46,639 nucleotides of DNA from an uncultured bacterium (GCA_963977445.1 CAXBPH010000012.1:1-46639); one strand, 5' to 3'. Shown: positions 31,599 to 41,563, counted from the stretch's first letter. Numbers and translations: made by a program. Notes: a model not told the origin generated them from the sequence alone.

Positions 31599-31994
31599 GT
31601 GTTTGCCAAACCCACCACCATGTTTCAAACGGCATGCATTCTCTGTGGCACGGCCGTCGCGCTGGGTGCTTTTGGCGCCCACGGACTGAAAAACCACCTC
31701 ACCCCGGAAATGCTGGTTATTTACGAAGTTGGGGTCCGCTATCAGTTTTATCACGGCCTCGCCCTCCTGGCCTTCAGCCTTGGGGCCGATGGACTGTGGC
31801 GCAGCCCATGGGCTCCACGGGCCTGCATCGGCTGGATTCTGGGATGTCTCATCTTTTCAGGAAGCCTTTACCTGCTGGCCCTGACCGGGGTCCGCTGGCT
31901 GGGTGCCATAACCCCGATTGGGGGCGTTGCCCTAATACTGGGCTGGCTCTTTGCCGCATTGAGCGCCCGAAGCTGGCGAAATCCGAACGTGTAA
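31599..31994 (+). CDS. DUF423 (YgdD/TMEM256) membrane protein
   Basis: LGAFGAHGL, YQFYH, IFSGSLY and GAITPIGG motifs. Confidence 0.9.
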   Translation: MFAKPTTMFQTACILCGTAVALGAFGAHGLKNHLTPEMLVIYEVGVRYQFYHGLALLAFSLGADGLWRSPWAPRACIGWILGCLIFSGSLYLLALTGVRWLGAITPIGGVALILGWLFAALSARSWRNPNV

Positions 31995-32013
31995 CACTTG
32001 CCCTCCCTTAAAC

Positions 32014-32042
32014 TTGCACTGGCTGTTAGCATTTGCTATACT
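32014..32042 (+). promoter_or_regulatory. Sigma-70 promoter of rpsT
   Basis: TTGCAC-N17-TATACT with an extended -10 TG. Confidence 0.6.
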
Positions 32043-32094
32043 CGGGATTCCTTAATTTACTTACCTGTCTTTCCAACGAGAGAATTAGAGAAAA

Positions 32095-32355
32095 ATGGCA
32101 AATATTAAATCCCAAAAGAAGCGCAATCTCACCAACGAAAAGTCTCGCCAGCGGAATATGGCCGTGCGTTCACGCATGAAGACCATGATCAAACATGCGT
32201 TGACCGCTATCGAATCCAAAGACGCCGACCAGATTAAGACAGCCGTCCCCACGGCATTGTCCGCTATCGATCGCGCCGCTTCGAAGGGTGTGATTCACAA
32301 CAACAACGCTGCACGGAAGAAATCCACCCTGCAGCACCGCGCCGCCGCCATCTAA
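32095..32355 (+). CDS. rpsT: 30S ribosomal protein S20
   Basis: MANIKSQKKR..N..RS.MKT..IDRAASKGVIH.NNAARKKS. Confidence 0.97.
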   Translation: MANIKSQKKRNLTNEKSRQRNMAVRSRMKTMIKHALTAIESKDADQIKTAVPTALSAIDRAASKGVIHNNNAARKKSTLQHRAAAI

Positions 32356-32385
32356 CTGGCGACGTAGCTACCCACTATAAATTCA

Positions 32386-32421
32386 GCCGCAGTCCCATGG
32401 GACTGCGGCCTTTCTTCGTTT
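32386..32421 (+). terminator. rpsT rho-independent terminator
   Basis: Perfect 24-bp palindrome GCCGCAGTCCCATGGGACTGCGGC followed by a T-rich tail. Confidence 0.8.
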
Positions 32422-32521
32422 CTTTTCGCCCCTGCGATTAGCCACTTTCTTTGGCGACTGAAACCACCCGATGGTTCGCGTTGGTTTTTGAGGGCAGCCG
32501 TTTGAATGCGGCGTTGCAGGG

Positions 32522-32657
32522 TCAGGATTGTTTCAAGACCTGGTGTTGTCGGTGCAGATTCAGGGGTAAATCGGTTGATGTTTGTTTTTGTTTGCTCTCG
32601 TTTAAATGTATGTACATAACATCAGGATTGTTCCTAGACACGGTGCTGTCGGTGCAG
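32522..32657. repeat. Pair of 36-bp direct repeats 100 bp apart
   Basis: TCAGGATTGTTTCAAGACCTGGTGTTGTCGGTGCAG (32522) and TCAGGATTGTTCCTAGACACGGTGCTGTCGGTGCAG (32622); 5 mismatches. Confidence 0.75.
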
Positions 32658-32660
32658 TCC

Positions 32661-33427
32661 CCGGGACGTACCGCCGCAACCGGGATTTGCGCTTCGCGGT
32701 AGCACTGTGGGCGCCAGCCGATAGGTGCTGGATAAAGGCGGTTGACTACGGGCGGAGGCATGTCCCAGCGTCATTTCAGCGGGGCGTGTGGCACGCCTTG
32801 CGGACCCACAGGGACAGGCGCACGCCCGGAGTTCCCTACGCCTACCTTGTCAGAGGGGTTTTCCAAAGAGGCAGTAGCACTATCCAAGACGTGTTTGCGC
32901 ATGTCCGCCCCGGGACGTACCGCCGCAACCAAGACTTTGGATTCGGGGTAGTGCCGTGGGAGCCAGCCGATGCGTATCGGGAACGAAGCTTCACTCCGGG
33001 CGGAGGCATGTCCCTGCGGCATTTCAGCGTGGCGTGTGGCACACCTTGCGGACCCACTGGGACAGGCGCACGCCCGGAGCCCCTTACGTCTACCCTGTTG
33101 GAGGGATTTTCCGATAGAGGCTACTGCAATATCCAAGACGTGTTTGCGCGTGTCCGTCCCGGGACGTACCGCCGCAACCAGAAATTTGGCTTCGCGGCCG
33201 CAACGTGGCGACCAACCAATGCGTATCGGAAACGAAGCTTCACTTCGGGCGGAGGCATGTCCCTGCGTCATTTCAGCCTGGCGTGTGGTACACCTTGCGA
33301 GCCCACAGGGACAGGCGCACGCCCGGAGTTCCCTACGCCTACCCTGTTGGAGGGGTTTTCGAAAGAGGTCGTTGCAATATCCGATTCGTGTTTGCGCGTG
33401 TCCGTCCCGGGACGTCCCGTCGCAGTC
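32661..33427. repeat. Tandem array of three ~249-bp structured units plus a partial fourth (REP/BIME-like)
   Basis: CCGGGACGT anchors at 32661, 32910, 33159 and 33407; internal inverted repeats; lies between convergent genes. Confidence 0.9.
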
Positions 33428-33467
33428 TTCGGAGACTGCGGCATTACCTCACTTTTTTTCCGCCCGA

Positions 33468-35312
33468 TCATTCCCGTCGCAACCCTTTTATGCAGGTCAG
33501 CAACCGGTCATTGACCTGGTAATACCGCACCTTTCCCTGCTTGTCGAGGACCACGACCTGGGGAATAAAGACGATATTGTAGATGGAGAAAGTTGTCTGT
33601 AGATCTTCATCACGGAGTATGGGAAAGGGTATGCCATAGCCATCGATGTAACCGCGAATTTCGTCCGCCCCACTACTTGCATCGTGGATACCGATAAAGG
33701 CCACATCGTCGACATCGGCGAAGAGTTTATGGAGACTCAACAATTCGTGTATCACCACGGGCCCCATGTCGTCATCAAAGCCCGCCCAGAACAATAGAAC
33801 AACAACCTTACCCTTAAGGGACTCCAGTTGCACCGGCTCACTGTTCAGCCATTCGGTGCCTCGTAGCTCCGGGGCCGGCTCACCCACGAGGCCACCCAGA
33901 TTATTCCTGCCAGGTACCGCGGGACGCGGTGCCAAGTCGGGCTCAAAGGGTTTTAACTTCTCCGAAAAGGGTTTTGGGTTTTGGACAGGCAGCTCAAGAT
34001 CCAGACGTTGAAAGCGCTTTCCGTGTTCCAGCCGCAAATGCAGTTTTTTTACATAGGGCATAAAATCCAGGGGGAAGGTCAGGTTGCCCAGCTCGTCCGT
34101 GAGGACGCTGTATCGCACGGGCAGGTTCATGGCGGTTACCATGACGGGGCCTGGCGCTTCTCCATCCTGATCCTGGATGACGCCCGTGATGACCGGCAGG
34201 GCTTCGAGTTGAATGGGACTCATCGCGACGTTTCGGGCCTCACCGAGATCGACTTTAATATCCTCAAGCTGGGGATTAAAGAAGCCACGGGGGGGCAAAA
34301 TTCCAATTGCTCCGACACCACCGGGCACGCGAAGGGAAAAGGCCCCCTCGTTGTTGGTAAACGTATCGACGTAGATGGTCCCTTCTTTACGAAAGAGCAC
34401 CCGCGCTCCACCGCAAGGTTTCTTGTCGGGATAAAGCACACTGCCTTCGATGAGCCGGGGAGATTCCATCGCCAGGCTGGCCGGGTCCGCTTCGCCTTTC
34501 GGGGGCACCTCGAGGAGAACGGGCTGCGGCGAGGCGTAGTCTTCGTGCTGTGCCGCCACGCTATAGCGATCGGGGTGAACCTGGGCGTGATAAAAGCCTT
34601 CGGAATCGGTCAGAACTTCGGCAAACTCCTTTTGTCCCTGGGGGCCGACCTTGAAAATGGAAACGCGCGCGCCCGGAACGCCTTTGTCCTCAAAGGTAAC
34701 CCGCCCCCCCACGCGCTTGCCTTCAAGGAGCAATATATTTCGTTGTTCCAAGTCAACGGGCAGATAGCTTACCGACGAGTCCGCGAATTGGGGATGGCCG
34801 AGCACGAGCTGAATGTAGCCTTCCTTCGGCAGATTCGGTATGACCAGGATCCCCTGGTCATCACTGCGAATTGCAGGCAGTCCATGAGGGACGAGGTCTT
34901 CCACCGATACCAGAAAACTCCCCGAAACCAGCATAGAGCGGATAATCGCTCCGGGAACCGGGTTGGACTGCTTGTCTATCACCTTCAAGGTGAGCAGGTC
35001 CCCCACTGCCAGCTTAATTTCAACGTTGGCATCCCCCACCACCAGCGCCGTCGCCCCACCCAATGCGTACCCCTTCTCATAGGCCACCACCTCCGTCATG
35101 GCCACATCGATGTTGGCCATGGAAAATTTTCCCGAGGCATCGGTCTGCAGCGTGTTGACGATACGGTTCTGGGTCACCCACACCGTTGCGGACGGTATAG
35201 CGACGCCGGCGTCATCGGTGACCACCCCAGTGAGCGTGGCGGCGGAAAGGTCCTGGAGAAGTACACCATGTACCATCAAAACGGTAAACAACGTAATCTT
35301 AAAAAAACGCAT
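33468..35312 (-). CDS. Exported protein with carboxypeptidase-regulatory-like repeats and a C-terminal redoxin/thioredoxin-like domain
   Basis: Signal peptide; repeated G.V.D..G.P..GA.V units; C-terminal VGEPAPEL..WLN..L.SLKGKVVVLLFWA..IP..VVLDKQGKVRY. Confidence 0.75.
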   Translation of the reverse strand: MRFFKITLFTVLMVHGVLLQDLSAATLTGVVTDDAGVAIPSATVWVTQNRIVNTLQTDASGKFSMANIDVAMTEVVAYEKGYALGGATALVVGDANVEIKLAVGDLLTLKVIDKQSNPVPGAIIRSMLVSGSFLVSVEDLVPHGLPAIRSDDQGILVIPNLPKEGYIQLVLGHPQFADSSVSYLPVDLEQRNILLLEGKRVGGRVTFEDKGVPGARVSIFKVGPQGQKEFAEVLTDSEGFYHAQVHPDRYSVAAQHEDYASPQPVLLEVPPKGEADPASLAMESPRLIEGSVLYPDKKPCGGARVLFRKEGTIYVDTFTNNEGAFSLRVPGGVGAIGILPPRGFFNPQLEDIKVDLGEARNVAMSPIQLEALPVITGVIQDQDGEAPGPVMVTAMNLPVRYSVLTDELGNLTFPLDFMPYVKKLHLRLEHGKRFQRLDLELPVQNPKPFSEKLKPFEPDLAPRPAVPGRNNLGGLVGEPAPELRGTEWLNSEPVQLESLKGKVVVLLFWAGFDDDMGPVVIHELLSLHKLFADVDDVAFIGIHDASSGADEIRGYIDGYGIPFPILRDEDLQTTFSIYNIVFIPQVVVLDKQGKVRYYQVNDRLLTCIKGLRRE

Positions 35313-35349
35313 GAGCGAGAAACTTCCTGTCTTCAGTTTGGTTTGATTA

Positions 35350-37362
35350 CTATTTATTCAGACGCTGGAGCGCGGCGATGGGCGGTAGCCCCGCACTCTC
35401 AAGAATGACGGTGCCTGCCGGATCCAACAGCAATGTGGTCGCACCCGTCGTGGGCGCACCCGACAGTATAGGAACAGCAGATTCTTCCGGGCAAGATACA
35501 GGGCCGTTGGCAACAACCACGACGTTTATATTTCCGCCATTTATCCGCTGCTGAATGTAGCCCGCGCTCTCCGCTACGGAAAGGGCGCTCTCGACCCCCA
35601 CGTAGAACAACAAGGTCGGTCGGGTCGACCGGAGTGCGTCGCTGGCCAGGGTACCGCACTGGAGGGGAAAGGTCGCCCAATCCAACACGGTCCCGAGGAG
35701 GACTTCTTCCGATTTGCCTCCTTCCAGGGTCAGCGCTTCCAAGATAGTCTGGGTGCCTGGCGCGACATTGAAGGTATTGGATTCCCCGGACACATCATCC
35801 GACTGACGGGCCACGCAACGTTGCGGCACGCCGGGAATGACGGCGTCCCAATGATAGGCCCCCGCTTCATCGGTGACCGTCTGCCACAGAAGAATCGCAT
35901 CAGACTCACCCTCTCCGGGATAGAAAGCCCCGACAACGGCCCCGCTCACTGCCCGCTCCCGGCTATTATTGATTTGACCGGAGATCGAAGCCAGAGGATA
36001 CAATTGAACGGTCGCCGGGCCGGCCTGTTCCTTGTCCAGCGTGAATAGCGCGCCCATGGGCAAGGTGGGGTGTTCGACCCGCCCCATCAGGGCACCTTGC
36101 TCGGGGAAGTTTCGAATGTGGAGATCCACCTTGCCCGCCTGGTCGGCCACATGCCATCCGAATTGAGTCGGCCGCAACAAAGAAACCAAGGCTTCGGGCA
36201 CAGGCTGATCGCTCTCGTCCACCACCACGATGGAATAGGCGGGAAGGGGCTTCAGCCACATACCGGGAAGTTCCGTGACTGTTCCTTCGAGAATACTGAC
36301 CTTGACGTCCTGCGACTCGGGTGGAAAGTATCCGGGGAGGCCATCCACGCGAATGACATTCTCGCCCTCTCCCGCGGCAAAGACAAACTCCCCGTTGGGC
36401 CCCGTGCGGGCTACGGCGGCACGGGTACCATTCGTATTCAAGGAGATTCGGACATCAGGAATCGGCTCACCGGACAGGGCGTCTTTGACGCTGCCACGAA
36501 TTTTTCCGGCCCCGGCCACAACCACCCGAAGATGCTCTATATTGCGTTCGCCATCTACGGTAAGGCGCTCCCACCCCGGACTACGAAGTCCGACGCCGGT
36601 TGCCTGGTAGAGATAGACCCCCGGTTTCAGGCGAAGGGAAAACTGGCCATTCAACGACGACAGCACCAACGCAGTATCGTGGGGTGGCTGGGCGTTTTGA
36701 ATGAGTACCGCGGCCTGCGGGACCGAGTCCTGATTGGAACGGGCGACGACGACACCCTCAACAAGCACCCCCGGATAGAGGAGCACCTGTAACCCCTGGG
36801 TGCCGGCCGGAACGTCGGCCACGCCTTCCTGTGCATACCCGGAATGGCCCACTTTCAGGTCGATCAGCGTGCCTTCGGGGACATTTTTTACCACGAAGTT
36901 ACCGTCCTGGTCACTTTGGGGCTCGACGTAGCCAAAAAGCTTCAATTTGGAAAAGGGAATACCAACCTTGTGCGCTCCCTTAACCCCAATACGGGTAATT
37001 CGGGCGTTTTCCAGCGCCTTATCGTCGTGCCCCCGTATCGTTCCCCGTATTTCCGTTGCCCGATGCAATTCCAGCCGCAGTGGCGGAATGTCGTCGGCGA
37101 CCGTTACGTTGAGATGCTGCCCCTCAAAACCAAAGCCGGGGGCGACCGCAAAAATGCCGGCAGGACCCGGCCCAACGTCTTCGAAGCGGAATTGTCCGGA
37201 TTCATCCGTGATAGCATCCTGAATCAGGCCGGCCAAACCCGGTTCCAGGAAAACCTGGGCGCTGACCAGGGGGGTGCCGTTGGGATCCACCACCTGGCCA
37301 GTGATGGCTGTGATTCCCAAGGCCGATTGGAGGGTGAGCAAGACAGCAACTGAGAGAGACAT
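35350..37362 (-). CDS. Exported protein with carboxypeptidase-regulatory-like repeats, paralog of the downstream gene
   Basis: Repeated ITGQVVD.NG.P / IRG.V.D..SGEP units and TDE.G.F motifs. Confidence 0.7.
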   Translation of the reverse strand: MSLSVAVLLTLQSALGITAITGQVVDPNGTPLVSAQVFLEPGLAGLIQDAITDESGQFRFEDVGPGPAGIFAVAPGFGFEGQHLNVTVADDIPPLRLELHRATEIRGTIRGHDDKALENARITRIGVKGAHKVGIPFSKLKLFGYVEPQSDQDGNFVVKNVPEGTLIDLKVGHSGYAQEGVADVPAGTQGLQVLLYPGVLVEGVVVARSNQDSVPQAAVLIQNAQPPHDTALVLSSLNGQFSLRLKPGVYLYQATGVGLRSPGWERLTVDGERNIEHLRVVVAGAGKIRGSVKDALSGEPIPDVRISLNTNGTRAAVARTGPNGEFVFAAGEGENVIRVDGLPGYFPPESQDVKVSILEGTVTELPGMWLKPLPAYSIVVVDESDQPVPEALVSLLRPTQFGWHVADQAGKVDLHIRNFPEQGALMGRVEHPTLPMGALFTLDKEQAGPATVQLYPLASISGQINNSRERAVSGAVVGAFYPGEGESDAILLWQTVTDEAGAYHWDAVIPGVPQRCVARQSDDVSGESNTFNVAPGTQTILEALTLEGGKSEEVLLGTVLDWATFPLQCGTLASDALRSTRPTLLFYVGVESALSVAESAGYIQQRINGGNINVVVVANGPVSCPEESAVPILSGAPTTGATTLLLDPAGTVILESAGLPPIAALQRLNK

Positions 37363-37528
37363 AAAAACTCCTGAGTGTAGAACGAAACCCATCCTATAGA
37401 ATCATGACCGCCATATCCAAGTATCGGGATCTGATATTCACCGTATTTAATCTACGGCATCCCGGGCCTGGGCGTTGCATCTTCATGGGAAGCTGCCTTA
37501 GAATACCGCACTACATGAGGAGCGTATT

Positions 37529-37837
37529 TTGCGTACTGTCAACGTCAATTTCCTGCGTCCTGGCCAAGTCGTGGCGGATGCTATCAAAAACAGTAGCGGT
37601 GCCGTCTTGTGCCCTATGGGCTATGTCCTGACGGAAACAGCCATCGCCCGACTCAAGAATGCCGGTGTAGCTACGGTGAGGATTGAAGGGCGAGCCGATG
37701 CCGGGCCGGACGTGAATAAACTCGAGGAAAATCTGGAAAAGCGATTCGAAGGCATCGCCGACCCCGGCCTTCTCCGCATCAAACGGCTTCTCCAGAAGCG
37801 ATACGACCTGATTCGCAGCGAATACAGCGGATCGTAG
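37529..37837 (+). CDS. Small protein resembling the N-terminal module of HD-GYP proteins
   Basis: V..LRPG.VVA..I.N.SG.VL...G..LT...I.RL...GV..V.IEG pattern; AGGAG RBS before a TTG start. Confidence 0.6.
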   Translation: MRTVNVNFLRPGQVVADAIKNSSGAVLCPMGYVLTETAIARLKNAGVATVRIEGRADAGPDVNKLEENLEKRFEGIADPGLLRIKRLLQKRYDLIRSEYSGS

Positions 37838-38049
37838 GGCACCTATACTCCCAGGGACGGATGGGGCATATCATGCTCCCGATACAGATGGTAAAACTGC
37901 CAATTCAGCGCGGGTTTCTGCTACGATAGGGACCCGTCGCAGGCCGTAGTGGAGGCGCAGGACGGTCAATTTCGTGTGAAATTGGCGTTGGTATTGGAAC
38001 GTTCAGCAGCCCATCGGGCTTGACAAAAAATGGTGGGAAAACGCGGCAC

Positions 38050-38898
38050 ATGGTCATGTCAGCGGAGATGTTGAAACGCAAAGTGGAAGATCTCTCCAGT
38101 CTCCCTACCTTGCCCGCCTTCATCACGGTAATTACCAGCATGGTGGAAGACGACTCCTCCAATGCCCAGGAAATCGGCGAGATCATCCAGCGGGATCAGG
38201 TTTTAAGTGCCAAATTACTCAAGCTCGTAAACTCTCCTATCTATGGATTCCCCCGCCGTATTTCTTCCGTCACCCATGCGCTCGTGTTGCTCGGGTTTAA
38301 TGTAGTCAAGGGACTCGTTCTGTCGACGGCGGTTTTCAGCGACATGGCCAAAGATACCAGCGGCCTCTGGGATCACAGTCTCGGCACCGCGCTCATTTCC
38401 CGCCGTATCGGCGAAGAACTTGGCGTCAGCGACCCCGAGGAATGCATGATCGCGGGACTTCTACACGATTTGGGAAAAGTAATCCTCTCCCATCTCGCCT
38501 TGGAGGACTACATTCAGGTCATGAAAGCGGCCCATGACCGTGGTGTCCACATTGCGGAAATTGAACGGGAAGTTTTTGGCGTCGATCACACCCGCATCGC
38601 CCTCTGGCTTGCACTGCGTTGGCACCTCCCGGATCGTCTCACCGACGCATTGACGTATCACCATGCACCATCGCGGGCCAAGTGCAGTCAGCAGATGGCA
38701 ACGATTGTCCACCTCGCCGATATTCTCGCACGGGCTCAGGAGTATGGCGAACCCGGCGATGGGACCTTGCCGCCGATGGACCACGAAGCGGTCGCAGCGC
38801 TGGAATTGAGCGACGATCAGATCGAGCAGATTATGCAGGACGCCGACCAACAATACCGCGAAGGCGCGACTGCGATGACGATGGGAATGAGGCATTGA
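38050..38898 (+). CDS. HDOD domain protein
   Basis: LPTLP, D.VLSAKLLKLVNSP.YG, LWDHS, GLLHDLGK, GVDH and W.LP..L..A..YHH.P motifs. Confidence 0.92.
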   Translation: MVMSAEMLKRKVEDLSSLPTLPAFITVITSMVEDDSSNAQEIGEIIQRDQVLSAKLLKLVNSPIYGFPRRISSVTHALVLLGFNVVKGLVLSTAVFSDMAKDTSGLWDHSLGTALISRRIGEELGVSDPEECMIAGLLHDLGKVILSHLALEDYIQVMKAAHDRGVHIAEIEREVFGVDHTRIALWLALRWHLPDRLTDALTYHHAPSRAKCSQQMATIVHLADILARAQEYGEPGDGTLPPMDHEAVAALELSDDQIEQIMQDADQQYREGATAMTMGMRH

Positions 38899-39837
38899 AT
38901 GACTGACGTGGACGGTGCCCGAATTCTTGTTGTAGCTCCAGAAGACGGCGAGCAAAACAAGATCGTTGGCCTGCTTAACAATGCCGGCTATCAGGCCAAG
39001 CCGGTGGTCGAGCCGGAACTGATACAGACGATCATTCAGGAAGAACCGCCGAGTTGTATCATTGTCCCCTTTTCTCTGCGTTGTGCCGACGGCACAACGT
39101 CGTTGATTGAAACGCTAAAAAACGACCCCATCTATGGGCACCTCCCTATGATAACCACGTTGACCCTTCAGGATCTGGAAGGAATCAACTGGACCAATCT
39201 ACGGGTTGATGATTTCCTTACCGAGCCTTTTGAGCAATCTACGTTGCTTGCTCGGGTTCAAATTTGTCTTGCCCGGGCACAGCGTGATCTGAATGCCAAT
39301 CCCTTGACCGGGCTCCCTGGAAATATTTCGATCATTCGCGAAGCTGAAGCACGGCTGAGAAGCGGTGCGCCTTTTTGTGTAGCCTATCTCGATTTGGACC
39401 ACTTTAAGCCGTTTAATGATAAATACGGCTTCCTGCGGGGCGACGAAGTATTGCGTATGACCGCGAGAATCGTCGTAAACGCGGTGCGGGGCACCAATCG
39501 CAGGGACACCTATGTGGGGCACGTAGGCGGCGATGACTATGTTTTCATTTTGCCGACCGAAGTGACGCCGTCGGTGTGTGAGCAGGTCATCCGCAACTTC
39601 GATCTGCTCATTCCCAATTTTTACGATGAAGAAGATCGCATTCTGGGTGCCATACATTCCATTGACCGCCAGGGGAACTCAACCACGTTTTCGATCATGA
39701 CCTGCTCGATCGCCGTGGTGGATAGCTCGATCCATCAGATTAAGCATGTAGCCGATATCAGCGCCCGAGCCGCCCAGGTCAAAAAACTGGCCAAGTCGAT
39801 GCCGGGTTCCAGCACCTGCTTCGATCGGCGCTCCTGA
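38899..39837 (+). CDS. Receiver-like domain plus GGDEF domain protein
   Basis: NPLTGLPG, DLDHFKPFNDKYG..GD and HVGGDDY motifs. The N-terminal REC lacks the acidic residues. Confidence 0.85.
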   Translation: MTDVDGARILVVAPEDGEQNKIVGLLNNAGYQAKPVVEPELIQTIIQEEPPSCIIVPFSLRCADGTTSLIETLKNDPIYGHLPMITTLTLQDLEGINWTNLRVDDFLTEPFEQSTLLARVQICLARAQRDLNANPLTGLPGNISIIREAEARLRSGAPFCVAYLDLDHFKPFNDKYGFLRGDEVLRMTARIVVNAVRGTNRRDTYVGHVGGDDYVFILPTEVTPSVCEQVIRNFDLLIPNFYDEEDRILGAIHSIDRQGNSTTFSIMTCSIAVVDSSIHQIKHVADISARAAQVKKLAKSMPGSSTCFDRRS

Positions 39838-39918
39838 GACGCCTCAGGCATCATGGTTGTCATTGCGTGCGCCGTTCCGTGACACCAGCGATTACCATTC
39901 CCACAGAAGCCGCTACCT

Positions 39919-41163
39919 TCAGCGATAGGCGTTGGCCACCTCTTGCTCGAGTACCGCATAGGTCTTGCGATAATTCCGCTCTAATGCTTCCTCGGGTGCC
40001 ATGCCCCCGCGAAGGTCGCCCAACATGGGCACCACGCGCCGCTGCCCGAATTTTGTCCACAACAGGTTGACCGTGGCGTGGGCCTGGGCATAGGCGAGAC
40101 TCAGCGCCTCGGGCTCCAGTTTGTGGAGCTGACTCCCCTCCAGCGCACGAAGCGTATAGGTAAGGGACTGGCTGTAGGCTTGCTGCAGCATGTGGGTGCG
40201 GCTGGAATCAATTGGCCGGGAGAGGGTTTCCGCGAGCCCTTCATTGAGCCACCAGGGGACTTCTGGCCCCACCGCGTGACGAAGCGCCACATGGACATAC
40301 TCGTGATTCAGACGACGGGTCAGTTCTTTTTCTTCCAGCCAACGCCCTTCGCTATCGGTGACCGGCGCACGAATCTTGCCGTCAAACAGGGCACCGACGT
40401 GGCTGTCAAGCTGGGTGGCCTCACTGAATTGGTCGGCACTATACAAGATCACTTTCACCGAATCGGGTGGGTAGACACCCCCGAGCTTACGCCCCGTATC
40501 GGAGTAGGCGCGCTCTAAAATAGAAAGCACCATGAATCGCGTGCTCTGAGACAGACCCTTTGGATAGCTCAGTTGAAAATGCCGTGTTGCGGAACTGTTG
40601 AAATCCCGCTCGACGTTCTCCTCGCGAAAGAGCTTGTCGTATTTCTCCTGGAGCCCGGGCCAGTCAGGTTTAATCTCCAGAACGTAATCCCATTGAACCC
40701 GAGCAGATGGAAGGTCGTTATCCCGGTAGTAGGCTTCTCCGAGCAGGAAGTGAGCATCCGACAACCCCGGCTTCAATTCGATGGCCTCCTCCAGTCGAAA
40801 TATGGCGTCGGAAATGAGGTTTTCTTTTAGATAGTAGGAGCCCACCTGCACAAGCGGCGACGGGTTTTGTGGCGAAATACCAATGGCCAACTCCAGATGA
40901 CGGATGGCCTCTTTCGTCTTGCTCCCCGCCTCAAGCTGGCTGGCCACTTCCTGATGGGCATTGCAGAGATTGTGTTTAATCACATCGCTGTCGGGCGAAA
41001 GATCGTAGGCCTCTTCAAAATAGGCCAGCGCCTCGGGAAAGGTCTTGGAATTGTAGGCCTTAATCCCGAGCTCGTTAAACTCCGAAGCCGTCACCCCGTG
41101 GACCGTCGCCCCCCAGAGGAGGCCCGTAATAAGCACTAACACAGACAGGGCGCGGTGTAACAT
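39919..41163 (-). CDS. Exported TPR protein with a peptidase MA-like domain
   Basis: Signal peptide, TPR repeats, HEYVH...PWWLNEGLAE and LAYAQ motifs. Confidence 0.8.
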   Translation of the reverse strand: MLHRALSVLVLITGLLWGATVHGVTASEFNELGIKAYNSKTFPEALAYFEEAYDLSPDSDVIKHNLCNAHQEVASQLEAGSKTKEAIRHLELAIGISPQNPSPLVQVGSYYLKENLISDAIFRLEEAIELKPGLSDAHFLLGEAYYRDNDLPSARVQWDYVLEIKPDWPGLQEKYDKLFREENVERDFNSSATRHFQLSYPKGLSQSTRFMVLSILERAYSDTGRKLGGVYPPDSVKVILYSADQFSEATQLDSHVGALFDGKIRAPVTDSEGRWLEEKELTRRLNHEYVHVALRHAVGPEVPWWLNEGLAETLSRPIDSSRTHMLQQAYSQSLTYTLRALEGSQLHKLEPEALSLAYAQAHATVNLLWTKFGQRRVVPMLGDLRGGMAPEEALERNYRKTYAVLEQEVANAYR

Positions 41164-41173
41164 TATATAAATC

Positions 41174-41563
41174 CTAGGCCTCCGGTATCAGCGCGATGGC
41201 TTCGATCTCAACCTGGATATCCAAGGGCAGACGAGCCACTTCCACGCAGGAACGGGCAGGGCTGGCATCCGCGAAGTACGCGGCGTATACATCATTGAAC
41301 GCTTTGAAGTTGTTCATATCTTTCAAGAAACAGGTGGTCTTGATGACATGGGTCAGACCGGAGCCGCTGTCTTCCAACACGGCCTTGAGATTATCCAGGG
41401 TTCGGACGGTCTCTTCTTCTATCGTACCCAGTATGGCGCCACTGCCATCTTTGGCGAAGGGCCCCTGACCGGAAATAAAAAGCAATTGGCCTGACCGAAC
41501 GGCATGGGAGTAGGGTCCCATTGCAGGGCTACCGTTTGGGGAAAAAATACACTCTCTGTCCAT
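41174..41563 (-). CDS. RidA/YjgF family reactive intermediate deaminase
   Basis: GPYSHAV, LFISGQ, FNDVY..YF and PARSCVEVARLP..VEIEAIA motifs. Confidence 0.92.
   Translation of the reverse strand: MDRECIFSPNGSPAMGPYSHAVRSGQLLFISGQGPFAKDGSGAILGTIEEETVRTLDNLKAVLEDSGSGLTHVIKTTCFLKDMNNFKAFNDVYAAYFADASPARSCVEVARLPLDIQVEIEAIALIPEA

Noticed and set aside
32522..33427. CRISPR array
   Set aside because: There are only two 36-bp repeats with a 64-bp gap, the long units have homologous rather than unique spacers, and no cas genes are present.
32606..33514. 302-aa ORF across the 249-bp repeats
   Set aside because: Units are read in different frames because of 1-bp indels, several frames are open, and there is no clear RBS. 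It is most likely non-coding.
33981..35408. 475-aa plus-strand ORF
   Set aside because: Antisense shadow of the exported Trx-like protein gene.
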